Assembly (NCBI GenBank): GCA_030141605.1
Contig: JAQGDQ010000255.1
Span: 243,746-307,745 of the forward strand
Direction: 5' to 3'
Length of the DNA: 64,000 bases
Origin: Tubiluchus corallicola
Lineage: Eukaryota > Animalia > Priapulida
The first letter of the stretch is position 1, and every line of letters starts with the position of its first letter. The translations under genes were made by a program, and so were the position numbers. The notes under the pieces are model-generated. The model saw only the letters and a list, made by a program, of their open reading frames with translations, was not told the DNA's origin and searched no databases. Positions 47,018 to 61,500 of this stretch are shown in pieces.

Positions 47018-50000
47018 TCAAACGTATTCTGGTGGAACTTGAGCCGTCTTTTCTTTTCTTTTACACCTCTTAGAACAACAGTATATACCTACAGATATCA
47101 GAAAAATCGATAACAAAGCACAAATTATTATGACTATTACAAACATGTACTGAAATTTTTTCTCTGGAACAGGAAATGTTTTGAGACTAGCGGAAGCCAT
47201 GTTGGACAAGCTGCTCTGACTGTCTTCCTCCTGGGTGGAAAACGTTCGTACAGCAAACCATAGAGTTACGTTGCTGGTTGTAGCTGCTGTGAAAATAGAA
47301 ACACGACATTGTTACAAAGTATACGTTACTGACATGTGTTTAAAAGGGAAGGTTTGGCTACTAGACCAACGGCTACAAATCTATCCAAGTGCTGCCAAGT
47401 TTAAACAATTTTGTAGTTAATTTAGCTGGACTAACTTATCATTTCGTGCAATTACCACGTTGTCGTGAGTCATCGTGCTTTTTTATGCAGCTGAGCCATT
47501 ACAGTACACAGCGCTGTGTCTGGTTAGTAAGCGAATGGGTGACCGCTTGAAAATCTATCATGCGATCCCTGACTATTTAGTGTGACAAGAGAGAGAGAGT
47601 GTAGAGGAGTGCGAACGTGTCAAAGTCGTCTGCTAATTCTGCGTCATCTTAGTAGGTTGTCCTTGATAATGACATAGGTTGCGGTCTTACTAAACCTGTC
47701 TACATCACTAGCCATTGAGCGCTTGATCTTGGTTTGTAAACGCCCGAATTGAACAAACAACGATTGCTTTAAATACTGCCAAGCAAGACGCTCAAGTAAG
47801 GAACTACAGATAGAGGACAAGTATGCGGTTTAAAGCCGAAAAAGTAAAATTATTTTTATAAATTTGCTTGCGAAATCGTAGCGCTAGGTTACTGTATATA
47901 TTAGCTGGCCTCTACTATCAATGTCGTCGTTGCCGGTGTTATCACCGCTAGTTGGGAGCCTGAATTTCGTCCTGGAACGTGTCCCACTTTTACGAAGCCA
48001 TTTTCTGCTGATAAGATGTCTACTGATCATGCTGTACAAAGAGAAGAAGCCAGAATGTGGCCCTGAATTCAGCTGAAATGGCAAACCTTTGCTGCATGGT
48101 GGCTAACTAAATAAATAATCCAGCGCCTTCAACCCTCACCACTGCACACTATCTATAGCTTTTACCGAACCAAAATGCATCGTACTACAAATAAAGACCA
48201 TAGATGTCATCCCGTTAATAAAGTGAGCTGCAAGTTTCAGTTTTCAGTTTTCATGGAATTATAAGTTTCTCTCATTAAATACAAGCAGTGGGCCACATTG
48301 ATACGTTTCGGGCAATTTATCCTTAAATGAGCCTGTATACCTGTTGCATTACCTAAGCTTTAATTTACTGATTAAAATAAGCCTACGGATTCATTTTGAT
48401 AAGATTCATGTGTGCAACATATTGAGCAACATTGGATATCATATACTAAAACTGTATTTAATTTTCTGCATTCATTCGTAAAATCTGCTTTATGTATGTC
48501 CAAGAACTATTCCTCGTTTACCTGATATAGCTTTACAGTTCATAACCGAATCAATTATTATCTGCCTTTATTTTCTTGATTTTAAGAAATATTTTAATTT
48601 TAGGCCCACAGCTATTATTAAGGTGGGAAGAGACAGATGTCGAAGAACAGAGATATAAAAGCGTGGAAGGTGGCGACACATACAGTGTGTTTTCGTGGTA
48701 ACTGGTTGACTTGTCCGAGTGCTGACACATTAATTTGATGCACGATGATTTAATAGCTATAATTATTGAGATTATTGAGCAGTGAGTGACCCTAGACTGT
48801 TAATGAATGATCTTTATTATATAACTTGTTTGGGCCTAGAGTCTTTAATTTAATGATTCGGAGTACAAATGCGTAAAGCGATTTCTATTTTTTAAAACTT
48901 TTTGAAAGCGAATAAATTTTAAAGTAGCTATCGTTTGGCGCAGACCCATAAATATGCACGCAGAAAACCAAATTTGGCTTTAATTTCGCAAAAAATTCTT
49001 TGTCGAATTATTAGTAATACCGTTATAATTATGCTACATTTTACAGCAGGCTCATAACCACTAGATAGCGGTGCCTAGAGTCTAGTGGTGCCCTTTGTCA
49101 ATTGTGTGCTGCCATCTTGAGGCAATTTTTAACAAAAATAATGTATTTCAACTACGATAAGAACAACGTTATAACATTGTTAATCATAATGGATGAGGTT
49201 TTAATATAGCCGAAATTATGAAAAGATGTAGCTTCATCGTTAGGCGGGTGATCAGCATGACAAGCACTTTGTGACCAAAGTTAAGTAACCTGCATATCGT
49301 CAGTAAAAGGATGGTGGTACATTTTGACAGATAGTTCATGCATTCGAGAGTGGTTAAGACTCTTGTGCTGGTTTAGTGTCTCATGCCAGAGCTTTGATAA
49401 TGAAACAGATTCATTAGTTACTACTGCATATTTAGTAAGTTATGTTACAGAGTGCTGAGAATCCCACTTTACACAGTAGAGAGTTGCTGTGTAATTTTGT
49501 TTGCCATAAAATAGAATAGTCAATAGTTTCCAAATTGATATGCTTACCTGTTAATTGAGTGAGTTTTGTCACATTGACAACGTATATTTCCAGAGTTCCA
49601 GAATTTCCAGGAGAAGTAAGATTTCCTGTCGCAACAGCGCTTTCGGGAACAATCATGGTTTTTTCCTGTGACGTTTCTAGTCTCTCAAAGTCGTCGCTAA
49701 TGTAAATCGTATATCGATATGCTATAAACAATAATTATAAAATACAGGCGAAGTGCCCACCATAACAAATAATGCACGAACGTTTCACGCAGTGTCGCTC
49801 CATGCAGATATATTCGCAGAAAAGTCCAACGTTCTGCGTTTGTTCCGAGTAAAATTACAAAATTGGAATGCCGAATTACACAGTTGCCGTTTAGTGTAGT
49901 ACGTGGTTGTGAAGGCACGCGGGAAAATGGCACAGGAAAAAATGGCAAAGAAAAAATTTCACAATTGGAAAAGTAGGTAAATGGCACAGGAAAAAATGAC

Positions 50001-52605
50001 ACGGTAAAAATAGCACAGGAAAAATTGCACGGGAGAAATGGCGCAAGTAAAAATGGCACAGGAAAAAATTGCACAAATGCAAAAGTAGATAAAATGACGC
50101 AGGTAAATTTTTTTTACCTACATTCGGTTGTCACTTGTCAAAAAATATGTTCCGTGCTGACAGTTTAGGCTCTGCTCTGGCAGTTTAGACCTTGTCTATG
50201 AGAAACTCAAAATGTACTTTCAAACACGACCTAGAGTATCACAAGATACAGTACCTTTTTCATCATCTCAAGTTTGAAACTTTTGCATTGCTAAAGTTAC
50301 TGAAAATGTAGATTTTTTGCTTCCCATTTTTCTGGTCGAATTGAAAACTAGACCACAGTGGGATGATAGGAAACCGAGGTGAAATGTTTGAATTATGGCT
50401 AAAAAGTTCTCAAAAACATTGGGGTATTCCTCAATTCGACCTCAGTGGGCTCAGAAAGACAAGAACCACTTTTCGTAATTTTGGTATTAGGAGTTTATGA
50501 CAAAATAATGTTTCTTAATTTCGTGAAACACGGTATGTTAAAGTTTAATTATTATTAGAACATGTATGATAACGCAAACAAACATATAATGTAACACAAA
50601 CAAAATGAAACGAAACGAAACTGCAACGCACGCAATGCAGCACAAAAAAACAAACACAAAACAAAACTAAACTAAACGAACAAACATCAAAATGTGTCAT
50701 AATAGTTAGCTTATGGTTTACCTGCTCCAGAATCCAGACTCCTTCCAGGTGCAGTCCACTGGAGTGAAACCAGTTTCTCTCTACGATCGACGCTTGCAAC
50801 CCTGAGGTCTGTGATATCAGCAGGTGGGTAATACTCTTCATCTGTAATGGTCAATTAACAGGTTAATTATAATATCAGTAAAAATTATTGTTGCACAGCA
50901 GCTGCTTGAGCCTATCATTTACAAAATGAGAAAGCAATGTGGCATACATATTATGGCACATAGGTAAGCCTGTATGACCTTTTGAGTCATCAGAGAATAA
51001 TGAAATTATGGGGCCTTCCTCAGGCAGAGCCACCCTTTAACTCGCCCGCACACGTCTTGAGTGTTTTTTACTCTTGATATACTTTACCGACATTTAAATG
51101 ACTTGAAGTAAACATGTTGAAAGTTCTTGCATAGGCATCCTTTGTTTGTCAATAAATACCACTATTTTACTATTTATTGCAAAACAAATTAGCACGCATT
51201 TTAACACAACCGTAGTGAAAAAACAGATTTTGTACGAAATGTTACCAAAGCTTGAGGAGGCCCCCAAGCTTTAAGGGCCCTAGACTGAAGCCTATACTAT
51301 CCTGTAGGATAATCGACCCCGCACATAGCCTAAATCCTTCAGACAATACCGTGTATCAGCAGTCTCGCAGGCAACAACTATTTTTTTTAAAATTGCCCAT
51401 AATTCAAGTGTCAGCTTAATAAGTTAGGCATGACTTTTACAGTTGTTTAGCAGAACTTTAAATGAAAACTAAAGTAATGAACTACAGTAGGCCTCCTATA
51501 TGGTCGTTGAAGATATCAAGGAAGAAACGTGTCTACTACAGTGTGTATGTATAGGATGTCAAAATACCGTATTATGTTGATAGATTTTACAACAACATTA
51601 TAGCGACTTTTAATCAAATATTCTATTAAAACAGTTAAAATTTAGACTACCCTTAAAACCCAAACAGATGTAGAATGCTTGTAAAAACGATTCACCTGAA
51701 TTATAATTAACTAAAGTAAACATTCCACTGCTTGTTGTCCTCTGGAATCTTCCTGTAAGTTCCATGGGAAAACTCCCCTGATCATCAGAGGTGACCGATC
51801 TTCCAACTGGAATCGATTGACTGATTGCGGTCCACTCATCTTTGTTTGTAACAATAACCTGTAAAATTAAAGCTCATCATAGACAAAATAGTCTGCCATT
51901 TTGCTCTGACCTGCTTTCACGTGGAACTCTTTGTATCAATATCACGCTGTTACATCAACTATAACTATAGGTAAATTATGTGTCTAATTTTACTTGCCAA
52001 TCATTTCTGGCTAGACCATTTTACTTTGAGTCCATTGGCCATTTTCAAAGACCCAAATAATGTTTGAATTATTTAGGTAAAAATTGGTTTGAACTAGAAA
52101 GTTTATATACCTTTGCGCTGTATCTACCGTCTTGTGTGAATTCTGTGAAAAAAGCTGAGTAGACGCCATCATTTTCAGCTGCATCTGCGCCTGCAGTTAG
52201 ATTAATTAATATCGTTATTTTAGTGATTAATCATTCGATTGGCCAGTCAGTTGGTCGGTTTAATTCTGTAGTAAAAATTACGTTCTTAGTAGTAGTAAAA
52301 ATATTAAAAAATCAGTTAGCACAGTTCGTCTCTAATGGAGCTATGCATTCTGTTGCTTTGGAAGAAAGCTTTTGTATAATTTTCTGTAGCTGGAGAACCA
52401 TTTTTGAATTTTGCTTACCTAAGCCATTATCTAGAAGTGTCAATTGAAAAGGTGTAGTCTCTCCTGGCCTTGTGATGTATGACGTTACATTTGCATATAA
52501 TACTGGATTATACCCTGTAAAAACACATACAAAAACAAATATAAATATAAGAGCAGCGAAAACACATACCATTATAAAATACTCTCTCTTTCTCCCTCTC
52601 TTCTT

Positions 52606-52703
<98 letters not shown>

Positions 52704-55461
52704 CACAATACGAGTGCTACGAACCTTTCGAAACTACCGTAAAGATTGCTTGCTGCAAGGGAGGGATTATTTCATTGCGTGACCATTTAGCATCAGCCGT
52801 CACCGGAACCAGATTTTGGGCAGACGGAAGTGACGTCACGCTTAGCGTTATATTCACTGGCTTTTCGTAATTGTTTGTCATTTTGACGTCGTACAAACCT
52901 ATCTGAAATACAACAAACCCACTATAAAAGTCCAAGATGTCGAGAACGTTTCTTAATAGAGATGACTAGGCAAGAAAGGAAAGAGAAGAACACTACTAAA
53001 TTTATGATCAGCTACTTGCAGTGATTTTTCCCTAGCATGGGTCAAAAGCAGTTATAGCTGAATGAATCGCTGTAATAATAATTATATTTACTTGCTTGAA
53101 AGACTTATGTATCTAGAAAAAAGTTCTTAGTAAATTAAAATGTCCTCGCCAACTGGTAAAATGTCACTGACTCATCTTCCCGATGTGCACCACATACTAG
53201 CCAAAAACGTATTTTTAATCTTATTGACAAGATACACTAATTTATACTTTTGCTTCGTTAGGGAAGCACGCAGTACTAATGCTATGATTATTTTTTAAAA
53301 CTTTGCGGAATGTCAGCTAAACTTGTCTCACTTATCTTACTGATAGAAATAATATGTTTAATACGTTACATGTTAATATTTTTTAATATGTGGGTCAATC
53401 TAACACAAACTTAGATACCTTAAAAAGATTTTAAGTTCAAAATTTTGATTTAAAGCAGCACAGTACCATCGAGTTAATGGGCACACCATTTGCCTAAACA
53501 CTCAAATCGTCGATTAATAAATGCCTTGGAATATATCACGGTGAAAAATCACATAATTTTAATTAAACCATAAACTTGCAGTTAGACGTTTAATTAAGTT
53601 GATTAATAGCTATAATTGCACACATAGCATGCAATCACACTTGCTCGCGTCTTTGAAAAGTTAGGTAAACACGAAAAAGCCCATGCGTATTACTCTAGTA
53701 CGAACGTCTAATGATAGATGGAGTTGCACATCTTACCGTTGGCATTTGGGGATCATTCTCAATTCGGATTGTTATTGTCCGGAAGTTCGGATCAAGCTCG
53801 TACTCTGGACTGTTTTTGTTGTAAACTTGACGATTAGGGGTCGCGATATCCACCAGAACGTGATCAGTTGTGTGGCCGTCAAAAGAGAAGAAAAATTCAG
53901 TATTTCGTCCCAGCATTTTGTCAATGTAAACTTCCTTATGTAGCGTGCTGCCAGCGTCGGTGGTGACACCTTCGCTTAAAAGCTGGATTGGATATTCACG
54001 ACCTGAACAAAAATGAAAATTGCTAGTTTTGGCTGAAAATTAGATCAAAAGGCATAAATTTGGACACGAGATTCGTTATTATCATGGTAACTTTATCAGT
54101 GTTGCTGCCATCATTATCATCGACATCATTATCATCACCGTCGTCAATTGTCGTCATAGTCGCGGCCATCATCATTGTCGTCGTCGTCATCGTCATTGCC
54201 GTCATCATCGTCGTCATCATCATTTGTGTTTTAAACGTACGGGTTTCTTGGCTAAGTAGTTTATTTGCTGTGAACACTTTCAAACACTTAACCAGTTGTC
54301 TGCCATACCTTAGGTATAAACGCTAAACATGTTTATTAAGTAAAAGCTGTAAAACCACCATTATCTCGTGAATTAAAAGCTGGTTAAGCCAATTTTAATT
54401 AGGCAACTAAATGTGTGATGAAACTGTAAACTAGTTTAAATTAGCTTTTTTAACCAATCTTGCAGTTAAATATGGTTAAGCAAGTTTCTTAGGACGTGCT
54501 ATATAAGTTTATTTCAGCGCATAAAAATGTTAAAAAATATAAAAGATGAAATCAGACAAAGAACTAAGAAACAGTATAAGGCTTGCATTATGAAAAGAGC
54601 TACAAATAAGTGCATATTGCATACTTGCTCCTCTTTTTCCCAGTTCTAGGAATGCTTCATTTAGGCCATTAGATGGCGTGTCAGTGCGGAAGTAGTGAAG
54701 AGAACCCTTCGTCAGACGTGCGAGGTTCTCCAGCTTCTCTGAACCATCTTCACTGATGGCTATAGAGTCTACAACTATGTGCTGTTCTGTTATCTAAAAA
54801 TGTTTAATTATAAACTTTTCAACTGAACAAGTGGACAAATAAACAAATTAGTAGAGTCATTAAGAAATAAAAGGAAGAGAGAGATGGGGAAAGAGAATGA
54901 GCTGGCGAGAAGAAAAGAGGCGAAAGAGGCAGTAAACTAACAAAAAAGAAAGAAAGAAGAATAAAAACATTAAGAGCAAAAAGCGAAGAACAAAGAAAAC
55001 TCATCAGCAACTTACACAACTTACATTTAGTTCTACGTCCTCTATAAAAGGTGGGCAGTTTTCCTCTCCATCACTGACCACAACCATGTGTCCTCCTTCT
55101 GGTGAGAGATATTCTCCTGACATGTTTGACAAGACATCAAGTCCCAACTGAAGACCTACCATAGAGACATATAAGTCTATAAGCTATCAATAGTACACTG
55201 AATGTTTAATACAAGGGCTAGCGAATTTTTAAGAAGACTAATTAAAACGATATAATATTATTTAAATAAATTTATCATTGTAACCATAGCAATATTAACA
55301 ATGCCTGTTAATACAACGTAGTAATACCTTACGTTTAACATTCTAATTCAACAATATATTATAGATGGCATCGTTTGTTTCACCATTTGAGGCAAATGTT
55401 GAAATTTAACAGCCATATTAATTAAATAAGACGAAGTAATATTAATGATGATATAATATTA

Positions 55462-55514
<53 letters not shown>

Positions 55515-58500
55515 AATGAGGAGGAGTTCCACAAAAGCTCTGAGAAACAGCCATAAAAAAGCATCATTTAAAGAGAAAAAGTTCAACTTGGAATATTTTG
55601 CTCTCATGTATAACTTATGTCATCTGAAATTCAGTTCAAAACCAAAACCATTGTAACAAGATCCACCGATTTTAGCGTTAAATTTGGGTGAAATTATCTT
55701 AACTCTTTTTTCATCCGCTTCATCAGCTCAGTCAATCTCAATTTCCTCTAATCTTAATATTTTAGATTCTTTTGCAGCTTTTAACAGATTGTTAGACTTT
55801 TTTGCGGTTTGGATCTGAAATGTGTGTAACTTTGTATATAAACTTTACATAAATAATTTGACAATATAACGATAATCATTGTATGTAAATAAATACTAAA
55901 TAATAAAAAAATTAATACTAAACGGGTGTGTGGTTGTTTTGATGTTAGTAGAACATTGGAAAAGAACAATAATAACCCGAACATAAGAACATTAAATGTT
56001 AAAACAGCTGCCAGTTTAAAACCAATTTAAAAACGTAATTCTAAAATTAATGATACATAAATCATTAATCTAGTTTTAATAGCAAGGTGGCCAAATTTAA
56101 TGAACTGTGGATTATTCAATATTTTTCTATTCTATATTCAAACTAAAATACATAAATTACTATAATTATTATGATGACTCACGTAAAACTTTTGTTGGAG
56201 TGTATATCACTAAAACTTAATAAAATGATGCAAGCTGAGCTGGTCTTCAAACCTTTGCGATGAATAATAAGCAATGTTTTCTTGACCCAAAAAGACCTTT
56301 CACGCAGTTATAAGCTGCTTGTAGTTTAGTGCTGAAAGACTGATTGACTGTCTGATTGACTGACTGACTGACTGACTGACTGACTCACTCACTCACTCAC
56401 TCACTCACTCACTCACTCATTCACTCACTCACTGACTCACCTGTTAAATTACATTGCTACTGAAAAGCTTAGGATAAAGTTTAAGTAAAGATGGGAGTAC
56501 CTTTTCCAATGCTCGTGTGACCGTTTGCAAAGGTGGGAAGACGGTCTATTAGAGACTGCCTGGTGTCATTGTTTATCATCTCCAGCGGAGACAAGATGTA
56601 TGCTGTCCCTACAGATTGGGCGGTTGGGTTGGTAGTGCCATTGAAAACAACGATGCCAACATAGTCACCATCTTTTGCAACTTCGAGAAGAAAATGACGA
56701 CAGGCCTGAAATTTCGACAAAGTTATTTACAAAATTATAAAATGGTAAATAAAAAAATATTTTTCTCATTGTTTCAAAAGTGCATCTTAAAACATTATTA
56801 AATGTCTAACGCTTTTGGGGTCGTTCTAAGAAATTAAAAATACAAAGTGATTGAAAATTATTAGACATTGGAACATTTTTTAATTTCATAAAAAATTATC
56901 TTAACCTCTCTTAAGTCAAAATTTTTTTAAATCAAAGCAGAACGGACGATATGCGCTGTTATTTTAGACTAAGATAAATTTTTTTGTTTATTTTCTTGCG
57001 ATGTAACATCTATACACAGATTTGCTTCGCCGTGGTCTCGTTCTGCTTGTTGTTCTTCGTGTAATACAAAATGCCGCCATTTACTCATTAATTTGGATCT
57101 ATGATGACCGTAAACGAGTGCTTTTTAACAACATTCCGAGAACTGTGAGCAAAGACTATATAGAACATTCGTGCATTATTGCATTATTGATCATCAGTTG
57201 GTAGATTTATTAGGGTTTGTCGTTTCAGGCAGTGCAAAATGTATTTGTAATTGCTGTTGTTCTTGGCATGGTGTGGGTGGTTTCGTATGGACAGGTGTAG
57301 TGTGGGCGGGCTGGTATTTTAATATTACATTAATATAGTATATGGCTTAATATGGAAAATGGTGTTCTAAATGACAGACCCCCAAGGCAGAAAAATTAAA
57401 TAAGCGAGTAATCCAATACTTCGCATTACAGACTAGCTTCAGTTTTGTTTATTCACTGAACACTAATAAAAGTAATGCAATTTGTATTCATAATAAGAAA
57501 AATAACAACAACTGGTTCTATCATATACACGGTACCAAAAAGTTGATATCACGATGGAATTTTTTTTAGAATTTTGTTTCTAGTTAAACCCACCGACGAC
57601 TACTTTCAATTTTTTTCCAAATTCTAGAAAACCTGATAATAATACTAAATTTTAGAGCTTGTGTAGCTAGATATTTATATGGCGCTTATAGAAGTTGATC
57701 TTTAAAAAGAAGCTCAACAAGCGTTAGTACCTGTCGTAGCTTCAGAAGGCGATCAGACTCCTCTTCATTGAGAAAGGGAAGCATGCTCCCAGAAGTGTCC
57801 AGTACAAGCACGGTTCTCCTCGGTTTCACTTGGAGGTATCTAAACACTGGAGGAGATGGATCGTCTGCCAGAGGAGGATTTGAACCGCCGGCAAAGTCTT
57901 CGTGCTCTCTCATTACCTGGAATAGTAACATTGATTAATTATTACATGATTAAAGGAAAGGCCAAGCATTCTAGGAGGTTAGGCTTATTTCAATGTTCGC
58001 GAAAAATGTGAGAAGGATTTAGTAATAAAATTGCAATAACCGCCAAGTTTAATTTGTAAAATCACGTTGAAGATACGATCACTTAATGCTTTGGCATTCC
58101 CATTTTCAATGCTTATTCTTCTTCCAATGACGTCATTCAATGAAAAATAGCGCACTGTCAACCTTTACCAAAAGTATAACAAGTTTTTACAAAAAAATTG
58201 ATAGCACATTAGTAATATTTTTACGTGGACATTACGTAAGTTGTGGACATTGCGTGGACATTGCAGAAGTTGAAATTAGTTTAAGCAGCGCGCGCTTACG
58301 GAAAGTCACGACGCGCTTACGAAAAGTCGCGAAGTCTCCCAGTTACGTCATGATTTTCAAGTAAATGGCGGCAACCACAACGCCTGAAAGTTTCTATTCA
58401 GAGGCAGTATGTTTTAAATTTATGCTTTATAAGCAGTTCCTTGCAAATGCTTCGTCATATTTTTCTAAGTTTAAGTGGTTTAAGTGCTAGTAGTAAAATA

Positions 58501-61500
58501 AACTCAACATATTGAGTGACTTGTCCTTTCCTTTAATGAGTGGCTTTATTATCAACTGTCAGCAGAGGACGTAATAAAAAGATTTTGCATTATATCTTAG
58601 CACACGATTATTATTAACTAGATAAGGGTCAAATGTCAGAGAATGAGTCAAAATTTTAAGACATGAGTCAAACTTGCTGATGGCACCAACAGTCAGTAAG
58701 TCCGCAGGATTCGAGACCCAGGTCATGCGTATCCAAATTCTGTCACGTTAACTACACAATCATCAAGCTGTTACTAGCCCAAACTATGGAAAACATAAAT
58801 ATAAGCACAGTTCTCACTTCAAACATGCTGTGTCCTTACACTACCACCCACGATATTTGCGCAAAGTCTGATTACCTCCCACACGCTTTTTTGTTTGCAC
58901 TTGCGATTCTGTTGATTGGGAGCCTCTCTGTTATGAAGGTATCGTGGATCTGATTTGTCATTATCACAAAATCCATCAATCTGTAAACATAAGAAAGACA
59001 TTCAACTGAACATTGCACAATATATGTGTAAATGAATGTATAGTACGTATAGTGTACACATACATAGACAGTGTCTGTACAGTATACAGCAGGTGGCACC
59101 AGAAAATATTTAACTTTGTCAGTCGTATTCAATTCAGTTCAATTCAATTTTATTTCGTAAAAAATACGATATAAAAAACAGACACACTATTTTACAAAAG
59201 AACAAAATGTACATGGAAAGTAATGAGGCTAAGAAGTATAATTGAAAATGTTTGCGCCAACTCGTTAAACATCGCTGTTTCGCCATCCCTGTGTGCACCA
59301 ATGGGTCACCAAAACTTATTAAAGTTTTATAAAGGGTTACCACTAAGGCAAGCTCGGTATGTAATAAGATAGCATGTAAATGATACAAAATTCATAACAA
59401 ATTTTTAAGCTTTATTTACGAAGAGTGTTTGCTTGTGTTTTGTAGTAAATGGGGTTTGCAAAATCTTCTAGTTATAGGAGAACAGATCTCAAAGGGTATT
59501 TGCGTGAAAGATTTTAATTGCATCCGGTAGCGGTTATTGCTATTCAGTATTCAGTGTTGTTAAGCGCGCGCTTGACTTATTAAAGCTAGCCTTTGAAACA
59601 CTCCTCGGTAACACCCTGTAAACCAAGATTTGTAACTTTTTACCTGCTTTAAATACTGTTTGTACATGAGTGATCCAGATTTTTTCTTGCCATCTTTATC
59701 TTGCCATCTGCAGACGGAAGGCGGTTGATTCGTGTAAGGATCTATGTAGCATTTTCCACCTGTCTGGGTATTAATCAGTTCACCTATACAAGAGATCAAG
59801 AGTTCGACATCAGCGAATGACAAAATTTTTAATCTTTATCGTACCAGAATGCAATATAATCTCAAAAACTTTAAATGATAGTGCAGGCTTTTTACCTTTT
59901 TCAACACTTTCAAAATGCAAAGCTATACATTCTTTTAATGACAAAATGATGCTCGTAGTATATTTTTGAAAGCAAATTTGACCAGAAGAAAAAATCAAAA
60001 TATATATAAAATGATCGTAACTAAACTTAGGTTTAGACTAGGACGTTACAAGCTTAGTATGGAAAAGGCTGGGTCATTTTAGACTGATAATCCGCTAATT
60101 ATTCATTGAATTTTGCCATTATATCAAGTTAATAGAGGTTCAGGAATCACAATGCATGAAAATGTTAAAAGCGATGTCTGTGGATAATATGGATTGAGAA
60201 TTCTACTTTAAAAGAAAACAGAAAGGGAGAGCAAATCAAATGAATGTTACAAAGTTTCATTCTAGGCTGTACAAAAAATCAATACTAACACACACAGTGG
60301 AATCCTACCAGCACGAACTAATCAGTTTTGAAACTGGAGCGTTAAGTGTTCTGCCCAAGTAATCTTTACACTATTTCCAAAGTATATTTTTCAAGTCTGT
60401 GGCTGTGCGCATTGTGACAGTGAAGCACTGCAGAGCATAGTAAGAGAAGTGTCAGTATGCATTTTAAAACGGTTTATCTTCAAGGTTCGTCAATACCAAA
60501 CTAGCTAGTAGATATCCAGTTTCAAGTGAATATGAACTTTATCGAACTTTGCGGTAACCAGCAAAATTAAAATGGAATAGATTCCGGTATTAATAATAAT
60601 AAAAATTCCCATGAAATAAAAAAATCTTGACATTGTAGACGTGCTTATAATCATTAACGCAAATGCCTGTAACGTTTTTTGGTGCCTGCACAGCTTCAAT
60701 GTTGCTTAATTTCGGTCGTGGAACGTACAAGCACATTTAACATTTTTTTGGTTTTTCCTACAGAACTCAGTGCTCTAAACAAAACCTATTAGCCTTTTTA
60801 AACACAACACGATCATAATTCGTATTAAAAGCATCAGAATTAAATCTATTATTACTGCCTAAAACTTTAAAAGTTGTTTTGACATTTTCTAGAATAGATT
60901 TGTCATAGTGAAAAACATTTTAACCTGTTTTAAACAAACTTATATCGCAACGGTCAAATTGACCTTTGCGGCTGTTCTAGGTACTATGACTGACAGTTCG
61001 AGTGTTAACTTAGATCCATTACCTCGGGCACCAAGACCCTAGTACCCGTCGCCTCAGCACCTTTCGGGGGAACAATAAAGTTTTGTGTTCTATTTGTATA
61101 ATAAAAACTTAAATTATTGTGAGATTGGTAAATATAGCAATTCACTTAGCAAACGCACCTTTTATAGCCAACGAGCATCGAACACCAGTGAAATCGCCCC
61201 CTCTGGACGCGTATAAAAACTGTTGGTTATTTCCTACAGGGTATTCGTCGTAAACGCCCCATCTTAGATGCGCCCATTCGTGAACAATCACCTAAACAGT
61301 ATTCGAGTTCGTTAATATCATATAAGACAAATTCTTTATAAATTAATCAAGTTAGTTTCGATTTGAATCTCATACTGAGTGTGTGCATCTACCCTGCGAA
61401 ACATATATTCAAAATTGTTTAAGCAAAATTTGCGCACATTATGTAGCTTTTTTTTGGAGGGAGGGGGGCGTTTTATGTTAGGCACCAAATTACATTTGTC

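Noticed and set aside
49697-50082. Repetitive ORFs and a superficially CRISPR-like array
   Set aside because: Eukaryotic intron; tandem degenerate units without unique spacers and no cas genes.
52472-52870. SL- and ER-dipeptide ORFs (likewise poly-M/I at 55422-55656 and 54023-54326)
   Set aside because: Microsatellite translation artefacts.
54309-54322. 14-nt micro-exon-like segment TTTAG|CGTTTATACCTAAG|GTATGG in CLCA
   Set aside because: Flanking exons are already in phase and inclusion gives a stop 9 codons into the next exon; at most a poison exon, with no support.
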